Shown piece by piece: positions 49,706 to 59,173 of a stretch of 64,000 nucleotides of DNA (positions within the stretch are counted from its first letter, which is position 1; the number at the start of each line of letters is the position of its first letter). The notes under the pieces are model-generated. The model searched no databases and was not told the DNA's origin. It saw nothing but the letters and a program-made list of their open reading frames with translations. The DNA is from an uncultured Candidatus Saccharibacteria bacterium. GTDB taxonomy: Bacteria; Patescibacteriota; CALEFQ01. A program made the translations under genes and the position numbers. Location of the stretch: assembly GCA_965230955.1 (NCBI GenBank), contig OZ246404.1, forward strand, positions 582,410 through 646,409. Direction: 5' to 3'.

Positions 49706-49746
49706 CCGACAGACCTTGCAGAAATGCACTAGGCTGTCGGTTTTTT
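49706..49746 (+). terminator. Terminator of the tRNA-Arg array
   Basis: CCGACAG...TGCA GAAA TGCA...CTGTCGG TTTTTT. Confidence 0.75.
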
Positions 49747-49825
49747 CTTGCAAAAAAAAACACCGGCCAATCGTCGATGTTTTTGATCAAATAGTCTCGC
49801 ACAGCAAATCAAGGATCTGGGATTA

Positions 49826-51214
49826 TCACCATCCGAACTGACGCCCCACGTCTTCAGAAGTTTCACGCCTACGGGCAACCGTAAGAATTCCGTTTTGGGC
49901 AATAATTTTTGCTGGCGAGGACAACAAGCAATGATGTGAACTCAAGGCATCTTGATAAGCCCCAGTATCTAAAATACCGAGATATTGTTCAGGCATTTCT
50001 TTATCCGCCGCTGGGCTAATTACCGGTAAAGACAAATAGCCATTACCTGTGTATTTATCATCAGAATCACACGAAGAACCGGCCAGCCAAACACGCGCCA
50101 ATGATTGGCTAGTCAAATTATTGACCGGCACAACCTGCCATTTCTGTTGAACCGCCCAAGTATCACACAAGTCATTCATAAAACTACCGTCCAGAACATA
50201 CCATTTACGAGCTACCGCTTTCTCAATATCTTTTTGGTGTATGACTTTAAAAACTGAGATCTGCGCCGGTGCCACCAAATGTCTCCCCCACTCGACAATA
50301 ATATCTGGGGATACCTGATACTTGGATTGAAAGGTAGCCAACACCTCAACAATACCACGCACCGTTCGATCAATTGAATAAGATTTATTTTTTTCGTAAG
50401 TAACAGGAAATCCGCCCCCCATATCAATTGCATTCAGACCGGGATTGAGTTTTTTTAGAAAAACAAAAACCTTCATAGCTTCACGTAATAATTTGACCAG
50501 ATCATCCGGATTTTCTACCTGTGATCCGATATGATAATGAAGCAATTTCAGATTCTTGATGTGTCCTATTTTCTTAATTTCGTCCGTTGACATACCAAAT
50601 CGATTCACTTTCTTATCCCAATGAGACTGAACTTTTACATCAATATCTATTCTGACCCCGACATCCGCATTTACACGCCATTTATGACTGTTAAAATACT
50701 CCAACTCGTCAGTATCTTCGATGACTGGAATTACTTTTAGCCCTCTAGTCTTAAGATCGGTAATTAGCCCTAAATACTGATTCGTTTTAGGGCCGTTACA
50801 TATGATCTTAATTCTATCATTGAATCTATCCTGTTCCCACAGTTTTTTAACCAGCCAAAGTTCGTTAGCTGAACTCACTTCCAAATTACCATCCTCACTA
50901 ATGACCGGCAGAACATATTCTTTGTTCTGATTGACTTTCATTGGATAATGATAAAAAAACTTTCCCTTATAGTGAAAGTTTTTTATGTGCCGCGAAAAAG
51001 AATCAATCAAAAAATTTAGACGTTGTTCAATCACAAAAGGAAACACGATTTCCAACGGCGTTCCAAATTTCTTGATAATATCAGGAAGATTATACTGATA
51101 ATTCCCTTCGTTAACTACCAATTCTCCTTCCTTGTTTATATCATAAAAATCGGTGTCGAGTTCTTTTTTGCCCAGCTTCCAAATCTTTTTATAATCAGGA
51201 TTATGATTGCCCAT
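49826..51214 (-). CDS. speA: Arginine decarboxylase (fold-type III PLP, short form)
   Basis: YPMKVNQ, LHYHIGSQ, DMGGG, CDSDD, GAYQD. Confidence 0.85.
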   Translation of the reverse strand: MGNHNPDYKKIWKLGKKELDTDFYDINKEGELVVNEGNYQYNLPDIIKKFGTPLEIVFPFVIEQRLNFLIDSFSRHIKNFHYKGKFFYHYPMKVNQNKEYVLPVISEDGNLEVSSANELWLVKKLWEQDRFNDRIKIICNGPKTNQYLGLITDLKTRGLKVIPVIEDTDELEYFNSHKWRVNADVGVRIDIDVKVQSHWDKKVNRFGMSTDEIKKIGHIKNLKLLHYHIGSQVENPDDLVKLLREAMKVFVFLKKLNPGLNAIDMGGGFPVTYEKNKSYSIDRTVRGIVEVLATFQSKYQVSPDIIVEWGRHLVAPAQISVFKVIHQKDIEKAVARKWYVLDGSFMNDLCDTWAVQQKWQVVPVNNLTSQSLARVWLAGSSCDSDDKYTGNGYLSLPVISPAADKEMPEQYLGILDTGAYQDALSSHHCLLSSPAKIIAQNGILTVARRRETSEDVGRQFGW

Positions 51215-51313
51215 TGCTATTTTTAATTTTTAATTTTTAATCCCCAATTTAAAGATCTATAATAATTCGTAATTAGAAGTGTATCATATCCAGGCATCTT
51301 GTAAATATTCGCA

Positions 51314-52114
51314 CTAGAAAACCTTTCTTGTGTTTAACCAATTCAAACCATCCCGGACGGCCTTTTGAGCAGTGGCGGTATCGTGCCCGCCGCGTTGGTA
51401 AAATTTCCACTCAAACTGACCTTTCGGAAGCTTTCTCGATATTAATCTCCCGTAGCGTAAAGACTTAGTGAAACTAACGCACCGGTCTTGTTTTCCATGG
51501 CCAATAAACATTTTTGCCCGAGATAAATACCCAATATTTGACATCGGCGATAAATCGTCAAGATTTTCCAAATGACGCTTCCACTGAGATTTCAAGATAC
51601 CCCGATACAGATGAGAATACCCGTCTTCTTTCATACTTTCCAAAAAGCGCTTATTTGTTTCTTCTCCAGGAACACTACCACACGAACCACTATCAACCAC
51701 CGGGAAAATCAAAATTAATTCCTTAATCAATGGATTGAAACGAGGCAAAAGAGGGATATAGGTACCCCCGAAACTCCGGCCGACAAAAACCACTCGTTGG
51801 TATTTAAAACGGCGCTTGTCATTAAGTAAGGCATTCTTCCCAACACAACCATTGGTAAAATACTTATACAAATCCAGGAAGGTCTTAATACAGTTTTTGG
51901 GGGTGAAAACCCCATCACTGCGTCCGTAACCAAGATAATCAGGCACAAATAAGTCAAAGCCCGCTTGATTGATTATATCGGCTCCTGGCAGTGTTCCGTT
52001 ATCTGGCGGCAGAGGTGCGCCAATTCCATATACAACAACCTGCTTAACGGGATGACTACAAGGATAGTACATGCCAGCAATTTTTTTGAATTTATATAGT
52101 TGACTTCTGGCCAT
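51314..52114 (-). CDS. Alpha/beta hydrolase (peptidase S9-like)
   Basis: PDYLGYGRSDG, GRSFGG nucleophile elbow, HGKQDRCV, GGH. Confidence 0.8.
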   Translation of the reverse strand: MARSQLYKFKKIAGMYYPCSHPVKQVVVYGIGAPLPPDNGTLPGADIINQAGFDLFVPDYLGYGRSDGVFTPKNCIKTFLDLYKYFTNGCVGKNALLNDKRRFKYQRVVFVGRSFGGTYIPLLPRFNPLIKELILIFPVVDSGSCGSVPGEETNKRFLESMKEDGYSHLYRGILKSQWKRHLENLDDLSPMSNIGYLSRAKMFIGHGKQDRCVSFTKSLRYGRLISRKLPKGQFEWKFYQRGGHDTATAQKAVRDGLNWLNTRKVF

Positions 52115-52174
52115 TTTTGAAATGTTTAAATAGGGCCGGGGGAAACTTACTGTTTCTCCCAGCCCCAAACTACC

Positions 52175-52978
52175 TCAGATTCCGATTTCAATTGTCGGGG
52201 TAGCTGCCTGCCAACTGTGCAGGTCAAAGCGAGCAACTTCGAATAAAGGGCTACGCTTACGTTCGATGTTCACCATCAAGGTTCCCAATTTCGAAAGTGC
52301 CTGATCCGGTGCCAAGTAACTATACAGACACCCAACCGTCAGCGATTCCCCGAAACTATTTACCAATTCAGGAATCAAGGCAAGATTCTTGCGCGTGAAT
52401 GACAGATTAGAAATTTGGAGTTTCCGCTTAGCCCATTCGATAACTCGTTTCTCCAATGGAAATCCTGTCAAATCATCTGGGCAAGGTTCTTTTGTTGAAA
52501 TTGTCAGGTCGCATTTTACCGACAGCTCACGGTACGTAGAATACCTGAACTGTATTCGGTCGTACAGTTGTCGCACTTCCTCAACGGCTTGCGAATAGAT
52601 CAGAGAGTGCCGATCAAGAATCCTAGATATTTCACCGTTTTCGGCATCTGTCGATATAACTCCCAGGTCGGCAAACACCACTGCCACCGAAACATTGATG
52701 TTGGTACAGTATTCAGTAACAACATCCAGCAGGCGCCTTACGGCAAGCCATTTACCGCTCACCCTGCTCCCTTCGATACTTGTGGCCTCCGCCAGCAAGC
52801 GCGACTCATTGATTGGCCCTTCTTGGTACAGGGGACAGACCGGAATCACAAAATGTAATCCGTGCCGAGGAATCAACATATCCCAATTCTGGCAATGGAT
52901 ATCCATATCCCGATCTTTTCCCCTGATACTACGAAGTTTCTTCTCGAAACTACTTCGAAATTCGCTATCAGGTACCAT
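52175..52978 (-). CDS. Hypothetical alpha/beta protein
   Basis: SD GGGAGGGG before ATG 52978; motifs FVIPVCPLY and VVFADLG. Confidence 0.7.
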   Translation of the reverse strand: MVPDSEFRSSFEKKLRSIRGKDRDMDIHCQNWDMLIPRHGLHFVIPVCPLYQEGPINESRLLAEATSIEGSRVSGKWLAVRRLLDVVTEYCTNINVSVAVVFADLGVISTDAENGEISRILDRHSLIYSQAVEEVRQLYDRIQFRYSTYRELSVKCDLTISTKEPCPDDLTGFPLEKRVIEWAKRKLQISNLSFTRKNLALIPELVNSFGESLTVGCLYSYLAPDQALSKLGTLMVNIERKRSPLFEVARFDLHSWQAATPTIEIGI

Positions 52979-53128
52979 TTTCCCCTCCCTTCTGAAAGAC
53001 AAAAACAGAAAATAGATGATTTCAATTTTAGCAATAACCGCAAAAAAGTCAAGCGGAAAACAAAAGCCTGTAATTCACCACTACACTTTTTATTCCCCCC
53101 CCCTATATCCCCTGTTACCCTAAAAGTC

Positions 53129-53160
53129 AAAAACCGCCCGCCGAGTCGGCGGGCGGTTTT
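53129..53160. terminator. Terminator downstream of tRNA-Gln
   Basis: AAAACCGCCCGCCGA-G-TCGGCGGGCGGTTTT. Confidence 0.8.
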
Positions 53161-53214
53161 GTTATAATCGAGCAGTTATCCGGCCCACCCAGGTCACTCG
53201 ATACTATTTTTCTG

Positions 53215-53289
53215 TGGCTGGGGAGATAGGATTCGAACCTATGTATGGCGCCTCCAGAGGGCGCTGCCTTACCGCTTGGCTACTCCCCA
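53215..53289 (-). tRNA. tRNA-Gln(CTG)
   Basis: TGGGGAG...GCGCC CT CTG GA GGCGC...CTCCCCAGCCA with encoded CCA. Confidence 0.95.
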
Positions 53290-53290
53290 A

Positions 53291-53366
53291 TAAAGTCAAA
53301 AGTCAAAAATCAAAAGTAAAAAGTTGGAATATCGAACTTTAGACTTTTGACTTTTGACTTTTTACT
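53291..53366. repeat. Family B heptamer hairpin (ftsX to tRNA-Gln junction)
   Basis: taaagtc aaaagtc aaaaatc aaaagta ... aacttta gactttt gactttt gactttt. Confidence 0.9.
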
Positions 53367-54273
53367 TCCTCAAGTATCGCCCAACGGCGATTGATGAACT
53401 AATGATCCCCAACAGCACTCCCAGGGCCACCATGCCGCCGGCAATCCAAAGCATATTCTGGGTGAAAAAATGCACCATGTCAAGGCTTTCCCCTTCGAAG
53501 AAGGCTGTGATTTTAGGATTGGCGGCATTGAGAATCGGATAAAGCAAAACCAATGTAACCACCGCGCCAATAATGCCATAGATGACACCTTCCAGTAAAA
53601 ATGGCCCGCGAATAAACCAATTAGTCGCGCCGACCAGTTTCATGATTCCGATCTCCTCTTTGTGGGTATATATAGCCAGACGAACGGTATTGAAAACCAC
53701 TAAAATCGCAATTATCACGAAAGCTCCACCGACGGCGATACCGCCCTTCCGGATAGTACTGGCGATCCGCACCAGCCGGTCAATCACGTCTTTATTTTCC
53801 TGAAAATCAACTTTTAGAATTACGTCGGAGAAACGATCGCTTGATAAATAATCGGATATTCCCTCATAATCCTCAGTCTGAATCGCCTTGATCACCAGTG
53901 AGGCTTCCAGTGGATTCTCCTGGAGTTCTTCCAACGATTTCAGGATCAAATCGTCGTCTTTATGAGCTTGCTTGAATTGATTCAGCGCTTCTTCCTTGCT
54001 GATGAATTTTGTCGTCTCCACATTGTTCAAGTTTTGAACCTGCGCTCGCACCTCTAAAATTCGATCCTCCTGAGCCGCGGTTTTGAAATAAACCGTCAGG
54101 TCGACCTTCTTTTGGACCTGATCTACCGCCGCGTTGGCCAGCAAGTTCAAGATGACGATCGTAGTAATGATAAAAAGCGTCACGACCATAATAACAGTGG
54201 TCGCCACACTTAACCAAATATTGCGCCAAAAATTATCCAGACCGAATTTTACGACTCTAAGGAAACCAGACAT
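53362..54273 (-). CDS. ftsX: Cell division permease FtsX
   Basis: NTVRLAIY...EEIGIMKLVGATNWFIRGPFLLEG. Confidence 0.95.
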   Translation of the reverse strand: MSGFLRVVKFGLDNFWRNIWLSVATTVIMVVTLFIITTIVILNLLANAAVDQVQKKVDLTVYFKTAAQEDRILEVRAQVQNLNNVETTKFISKEEALNQFKQAHKDDDLILKSLEELQENPLEASLVIKAIQTEDYEGISDYLSSDRFSDVILKVDFQENKDVIDRLVRIASTIRKGGIAVGGAFVIIAILVVFNTVRLAIYTHKEEIGIMKLVGATNWFIRGPFLLEGVIYGIIGAVVTLVLLYPILNAANPKITAFFEGESLDMVHFFTQNMLWIAGGMVALGVLLGIISSSIAVGRYLRK

Positions 54274-54277
54274 AAGG

Positions 54278-54352
54278 GAAAGCCAAAGGTCAAAAGTCAA
54301 AGGTCAAAAATTGATGAACAACTTTTTACTTTTGACTTTTTACTTTTGACTT
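54278..54352. repeat. Family B heptamer hairpin (ftsE-ftsX junction)
   Basis: aaaggtc aaaagtc aaaggtc ... aactttt tactttt gactttt tactttt gactt. Confidence 0.9.
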
Positions 54353-55034
54353 AGAGTATGTACTTCCCCGTATCTTGATTGCGGACTAATTTGCCTTCGT
54401 CCATCGTAATGACTCGGCGCTTGATCGCATTCACAATTTCACGATTATGACTAACCATCACCACCGTCGTGCCCAGCTCGTTTATTTTCAGGAGTAACTG
54501 AACGATTTCCCAGGCATTGAGTGAATCCAAATTCCCGGTCGGCTCATCGGCCACCAGCAGCTTCGGCTTATGAATCAAAGCGCGTGCTATCGCTACTCGC
54601 TGTTTTTCTCCGCCGGAAAGCTGATGTGGGAAAAGATTCGCCCGCTTGCTCAAATTAACGATATCAAGAATTTTGGGAACTTGTTCTTTTATTTCGCGCC
54701 GTGAACGTCCGCAAACTTCCATGGCAAAAGAAACATTCTCCGCCGCCGTCTTTTTTTCCAATAATTTGAAATCTTGGAAGACGACGCCAATCTGACGACG
54801 AAACATCGGTATATGCTTTTTTTTGATCAAACCGACGTCCCAGTTATTGACTACGATGCGTCCCTTGTCCGGCTTCTCTTCGGCAATCAACAAACGAACC
54901 AGTGTCGATTTACCGGCACCGCTCTGCCCCACAATCGTCACAAATTCACCATCAGCCACATTAAAACTGACGTCTTCCAACGCGACGACCTTTTGTTTGG
55001 CATAATCTTTACTAACGCCTTCGACCTCAATCAT
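54351..55034 (-). CDS. ftsE: Cell division ATPase FtsE
   Basis: GQSGAGKST, RRQIGVVFQDFKLL, ADEPTGNLD. Confidence 0.95.
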   Translation of the reverse strand: MIEVEGVSKDYAKQKVVALEDVSFNVADGEFVTIVGQSGAGKSTLVRLLIAEEKPDKGRIVVNNWDVGLIKKKHIPMFRRQIGVVFQDFKLLEKKTAAENVSFAMEVCGRSRREIKEQVPKILDIVNLSKRANLFPHQLSGGEKQRVAIARALIHKPKLLVADEPTGNLDSLNAWEIVQLLLKINELGTTVVMVSHNREIVNAIKRRVITMDEGKLVRNQDTGKYIL

Positions 55035-55170
55035 AGTTCAACCTTAAAATGACGGCTCCGACCAGCGCTGAGGCTGGTCTTTTTTTTCTCCCGCATGGAT
55101 GCTGGAGTGAACCGTAAATATATTTTATCACACTTGAATTAACGCCGCAAGCGGCAAAAGCCCCTGATTC

Positions 55171-56278
55171 TTAGGCATTTTTACGGCCAACTTGCCATTT
55201 CAAGAAGCTTTCCACAAAACCTGTCAATTCTCCGCCCAAAACACGATCAGGCGCCTTTTCCTCATATTCAGTCCGGTGATCTTTTACCATTTTATACGGG
55301 TGAAGGACGTACGAGCGAATCTGGTTTCCCCAACCCGCTGAAACATGCTGTCCGCGCGCTTTCAAGCGTTCCTCTTCCGCCTGGCGCTGTTGCAAGGCCA
55401 GTATCTTGGCTTGCAAAATTTTCAGCGCGGTCTCTTTGTTTTGATACTGAGAACGTTCGGTCTGACACTCCACCACCAATTTAGACGGAATATGGGTCAG
55501 ACGCACTGCGGAACTTGTTTTGTTTACTTTTTGACCACCGGCACCGGAAGAACGAAAGGTATCCACGCGCAAATCCTCGGGATCAACGGCAATTTCTTTG
55601 GGATCCTCGATTTCCGGAATAACTTCCACCAGGGCAAATGAAGTTTGGCGCAGAGCATCGGAATTGAACGGCGATTGTCGTACCAGCCGGTGGACGCCGC
55701 CCTCCGACTGTAACATCCCGTAAGCGTAGCGTCCGATCACTCGAAAGGTCGAGCTCTTGATCCCGGCTTCTTCACCTCGGCTTTCGGCAACCATTTCAAC
55801 ATTGAATTCTTTTTTTTCGCAGTAGCGTAAAATCATTCGGCGCAACATCTCGGCCCAATCCTGGGCGTCAACTCCGCCCGCTCCGGCATGAATAGAAACG
55901 ATCGCATTACGTTCGTCGTATTGACCGCTCAGCAGAACTTGGAATTCATGTTTTTCAAAAAGAGTCGCCAGGTCTTTGGCTTTCTGGCGTAATTCCGGAT
56001 AAATCGCTTCCGCTCGTTCCTTTTCCGCCTCACGCGACATCTCCAGCGCTTCCCGCGTCTCGCGCTCCAGGCCTTCCCATAATTCCACTTGCTGTTTGAG
56101 CGATCCCAGCCGCTGCATTATTTCTCTGGCGCGCTGATTATTTTTCCAAAACTCCGGCTCTTCACTCAGAGCCGTCAGTTGGATTATTTTTTGTTTTTTA
56201 CCCGAGATGTCAAAGAGAGTCCAATGTCTTTTGGATTCGCTGAATCAAATCTTCGAGACGGGTAATGGTTTCTTTCAT
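55171..56278 (-). CDS. prfB: Peptide chain release factor 2 with programmed +1 frameshift
   Basis: SPF and GGQ motifs; first frame MKETITRLEDLIQRIQKTLDSL, then CTT TGA C at 56215..56209. Confidence 0.96.
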
Positions 56279-56291
56279 ATAAAAATTATAA

Positions 56292-58025
56292 TTACTTCCA
56301 GGTGAATGATCCGGCCGCCAGTTTGATGCCCCCATTCAAGTTCACAGCGATATCAAGATCGCCCAATTCCGCGGTGGTATACATCCTAACCTGGCGATCA
56401 TCTAAAAATTTACGCAATTCCGGCGATGCCTGCTCCTGAAATTCCGACCAACTGGCGGATTTTATAACCAGACGCGGATTAACAGCCTCGATGAAAGACT
56501 GCTCGTTCGCGTCGAAACCGTCATTACCGTGATGAGGCAAAATCATAACCGCAGAAGATAAATCCGCCTCAGCCGCCAGCAATTCCTCCATACTGGATCC
56601 ATAGATATCGCCCGGCATGAGAATCGCCGTCTCGCCAAAAATCAGCCGCGCCACCAGGGAATTATTATTTACCGCCTCGTCGTTTTCACTGATCCCCGAT
56701 AAAGTTTTTTCCGGATGCAAAATTTCCAGCCGTACATTGTCTTCCAATTCCACAACCTCGCCGCGCGCCACCAGCTTGACCCGGTCGGTCACCTGCCCCA
56801 AGGACTTGGCCAGTTCCGCGTAAGTATCAAAAGGATAGCCTTCACCGTTGATGTAAATCCGGCCGACATCAAAATTGTTCAAAATTTCCGACGCCCCGCC
56901 AATATGATCCCAATGCGGGTGACTTAAAAACAGGTAATCAATTTGGCTTATTCCGCGCCGGCGCAGAGCCTCAATTACCACATTGGCGCGACTCGGGTGA
57001 GCCGTATCAAAAACCAAAACTTTTCCGGATGGCGTTCGCGCGATGTAACAATCGCCGTGCTCGGTCGCCACCGCCGTAAAATTTAAATCATCCGCCGAAG
57101 CAAAATCCGGCCCCGCCGCCACTCGCGGAGCAGCGGACTTAACACCGACATCTTTGCCGGCGGACAGATCCATCGCCAGCGCCGGGATACCGGATGTATC
57201 GAGATTTTCGAATTCCGGTTTCAGCTCTATCGTTTGCTGTTTAAAATCATTGGGGATTTGGAGCGCAAAAGTAAAAGTTCCTTCTTGACCCGGCCCAACT
57301 TCCGACTGGTCCAGCCAAGCAACCCGCCGATCATCAACCCACCGGTTAGCCGCCTTGAAATGATTAGCCGCTTCAGCATCGGTCAACGACAAAGCCAGAG
57401 GATTGGCACCAAAGTTTTTCCAAACGGTGTTGCCGGTATTTTTATAGCGCGCCCAAGCGGTCACGGTACTTCCCGGCTTGACGGCCGGCGGCAACGAATG
57501 ATCAATCAATTCCAGGCCGTATTTCGGATCCTCCACGGTCAGCCGCCACTCGATCGGTTCCAGACCCTTAAGCGGTTTTAAATTCGTATCAACCACATTG
57601 AATCTGGCCGTGTATTTGCCCGGATCTTGATCAGTATCAATAGTAAAGAAAAAATGACCTCTCTGTCCGACCGCGACCTCATCCTCCCAAAGTTCAACTT
57701 TATTTTGAGACATCCAAGTAGAGTGATCCGTATACCACGGATCACTGATTAGCTTGGCCGACTCCAATAAAACCGAGTCCGGTCCATCGTGCGTCCAGCG
57801 ATCCGGACCGGTATTTTCGATCTCCAGCCAGAGATTACTCTTTTGGCCGGGAATCAACTTGGGATTTTCCGACTGGGCAATAAAAGTTGCCGATTGCGTC
57901 GACTTGCCGGCAAATATCTCCGACAAACTAAAAGTCCCCGTGGCCAAGCGCGCCAGAAGCGCGATGACAATAACCGGGATAACGCAGATGGCTATTTCTT
58001 TATAGGCGGTACGGAGAAGAGGCAT
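56292..58025 (-). CDS. ComEC/Rec2-like metallo-beta-lactamase with two NBR1-type Ig-like domains
   Basis: ENTG..W and KNTGNTVW Ig repeats; SHPHWDHIGG, NNNSLV, PGD, PHHG. Confidence 0.82.
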   Translation of the reverse strand: MPLLRTAYKEIAICVIPVIVIALLARLATGTFSLSEIFAGKSTQSATFIAQSENPKLIPGQKSNLWLEIENTGPDRWTHDGPDSVLLESAKLISDPWYTDHSTWMSQNKVELWEDEVAVGQRGHFFFTIDTDQDPGKYTARFNVVDTNLKPLKGLEPIEWRLTVEDPKYGLELIDHSLPPAVKPGSTVTAWARYKNTGNTVWKNFGANPLALSLTDAEAANHFKAANRWVDDRRVAWLDQSEVGPGQEGTFTFALQIPNDFKQQTIELKPEFENLDTSGIPALAMDLSAGKDVGVKSAAPRVAAGPDFASADDLNFTAVATEHGDCYIARTPSGKVLVFDTAHPSRANVVIEALRRRGISQIDYLFLSHPHWDHIGGASEILNNFDVGRIYINGEGYPFDTYAELAKSLGQVTDRVKLVARGEVVELEDNVRLEILHPEKTLSGISENDEAVNNNSLVARLIFGETAILMPGDIYGSSMEELLAAEADLSSAVMILPHHGNDGFDANEQSFIEAVNPRLVIKSASWSEFQEQASPELRKFLDDRQVRMYTTAELGDLDIAVNLNGGIKLAAGSFTWK

Positions 58026-58066
58026 ACGACAATTATACAAGATTGGTCCCAGACTTCAACCCAAGT

Positions 58067-58178
58067 AATATCAAATCACAAATAACCAATATCAAATAAA
58101 TGATCAAGTCTCAATTACAAATGTTTATAATTGGAGCTTGAATTTTATTGGATATTGGTTATTTGTTATTGGATATTA
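58067..58178. repeat. Inverted heptamer hairpin, family D
   Basis: aatatca aatcaca aataacc aatatca ... ttggata ttggtta tttgtta ttggata. Confidence 0.82.
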
Positions 58179-59057
58179 CTTCAGCAGTTTTACAATCTCA
58201 CTCGGCAACTCCGCCACTTTTACTCCCGCCGCCTCGAGCGCCTCTTGCTTGGATTGCGCCGTGCCCGCTTTGCCGGAAACGATCGCGCCGGCGTGCCCCA
58301 TGGTCTTGCCCGGCGGCGCCGTCCGTCCGGCAATATAGGCCACCACCGGTTTGGTCACGTGATCTTTGATATATTCGGCCGCGGCTTCTTCCAAATTGCC
58401 GCCGATCTCGCCGATCAAAACAATCTTATCCGTCTCCGGATCTTTTTCAAACAATTCCAAAACATCGATATAATTACTGCCAACAATCGGATCGCCGCCG
58501 ATCCCGACACAAGTACTTTGACCAATCTTGTTTTTCGACAAATGATTAACGATTTCGTAAGTCAGCGTCCCGGATTTGGAAACAACACCGACCCGCCCGT
58601 GCTGAAAAATCTTGGCCGGCATAATTCCAGCCTTGGCTTCGCCCGGCGTGATCACTCCCGGACAATTCGGCCCGATAACGTGCAAGCCTTTTTCGCGCGC
58701 GAAATTCACAATCGCCAGTGCGTCATGGACCGGCACATGCTCGGTAATGATTATCAGATTCAAACCCGCCGCCAGATCTTCTAAGGCCGATTTCTTCACA
58801 AACGGCGCCGGGACAAAATGTATCGCCCAATTTTTATCGGTTGTGCGGGCGGCCGGCTGGCCGCCCCTACCGGACAACGCTTCGGAGATCGTGTTAAATA
58901 CCGGCACCCCTTCGATTGTCTGTCCCCCTTTCTTCGGAGTGACCCCGGCCACGATATTCGTCCCGTATTCCAGCATCATTTTGGTATGAAAAGAACCTTG
59001 ACCGCCGGTAATCCCACGAACGATGAAACGAGAGTTTTTGTTGATTAGGATTGACAT
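58176..59057 (-). CDS. sucD: Succinyl-CoA synthetase alpha subunit
   Basis: GITGGQG, IGPNCPG, SKSGTLTYE, GEIGG, MGHAGAI. Confidence 0.96.
   Translation of the reverse strand: MSILINKNSRFIVRGITGGQGSFHTKMMLEYGTNIVAGVTPKKGGQTIEGVPVFNTISEALSGRGGQPAARTTDKNWAIHFVPAPFVKKSALEDLAAGLNLIIITEHVPVHDALAIVNFAREKGLHVIGPNCPGVITPGEAKAGIMPAKIFQHGRVGVVSKSGTLTYEIVNHLSKNKIGQSTCVGIGGDPIVGSNYIDVLELFEKDPETDKIVLIGEIGGNLEEAAAEYIKDHVTKPVVAYIAGRTAPPGKTMGHAGAIVSGKAGTAQSKQEALEAAGVKVAELPSEIVKLLK
58843..58870 (-). repeat. GTAG-type REP palindrome in frame inside sucD
   Basis: GTAGGGGCGGCCAGCCGGCCGCCCGCAC, encoding GRGGQPAART. Confidence 0.78.
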
Positions 59058-59173
59058 GGAATAATTCAGAATTCAAAATGAAAAAGGCAAAATCATTGTA
59101 ATTATACTTATTCCTGCTATTATGTACAGACGCTTTGGAGGCATAATCATATTCACGAAAGGAGGATAAAATC

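Noticed and set aside
51220-51285. TTTTAAT x3 upstream of speA as another heptamer hairpin family
   Set aside because: The complementary arm is too degenerate and low complexity could explain it
53215-53240. tRNA-Gln 3' end as the attachment site of the arginine island
   Set aside because: By eye I found no duplicated tRNA 3' fragment at the other side and no integrase; a computed repeat search would be needed
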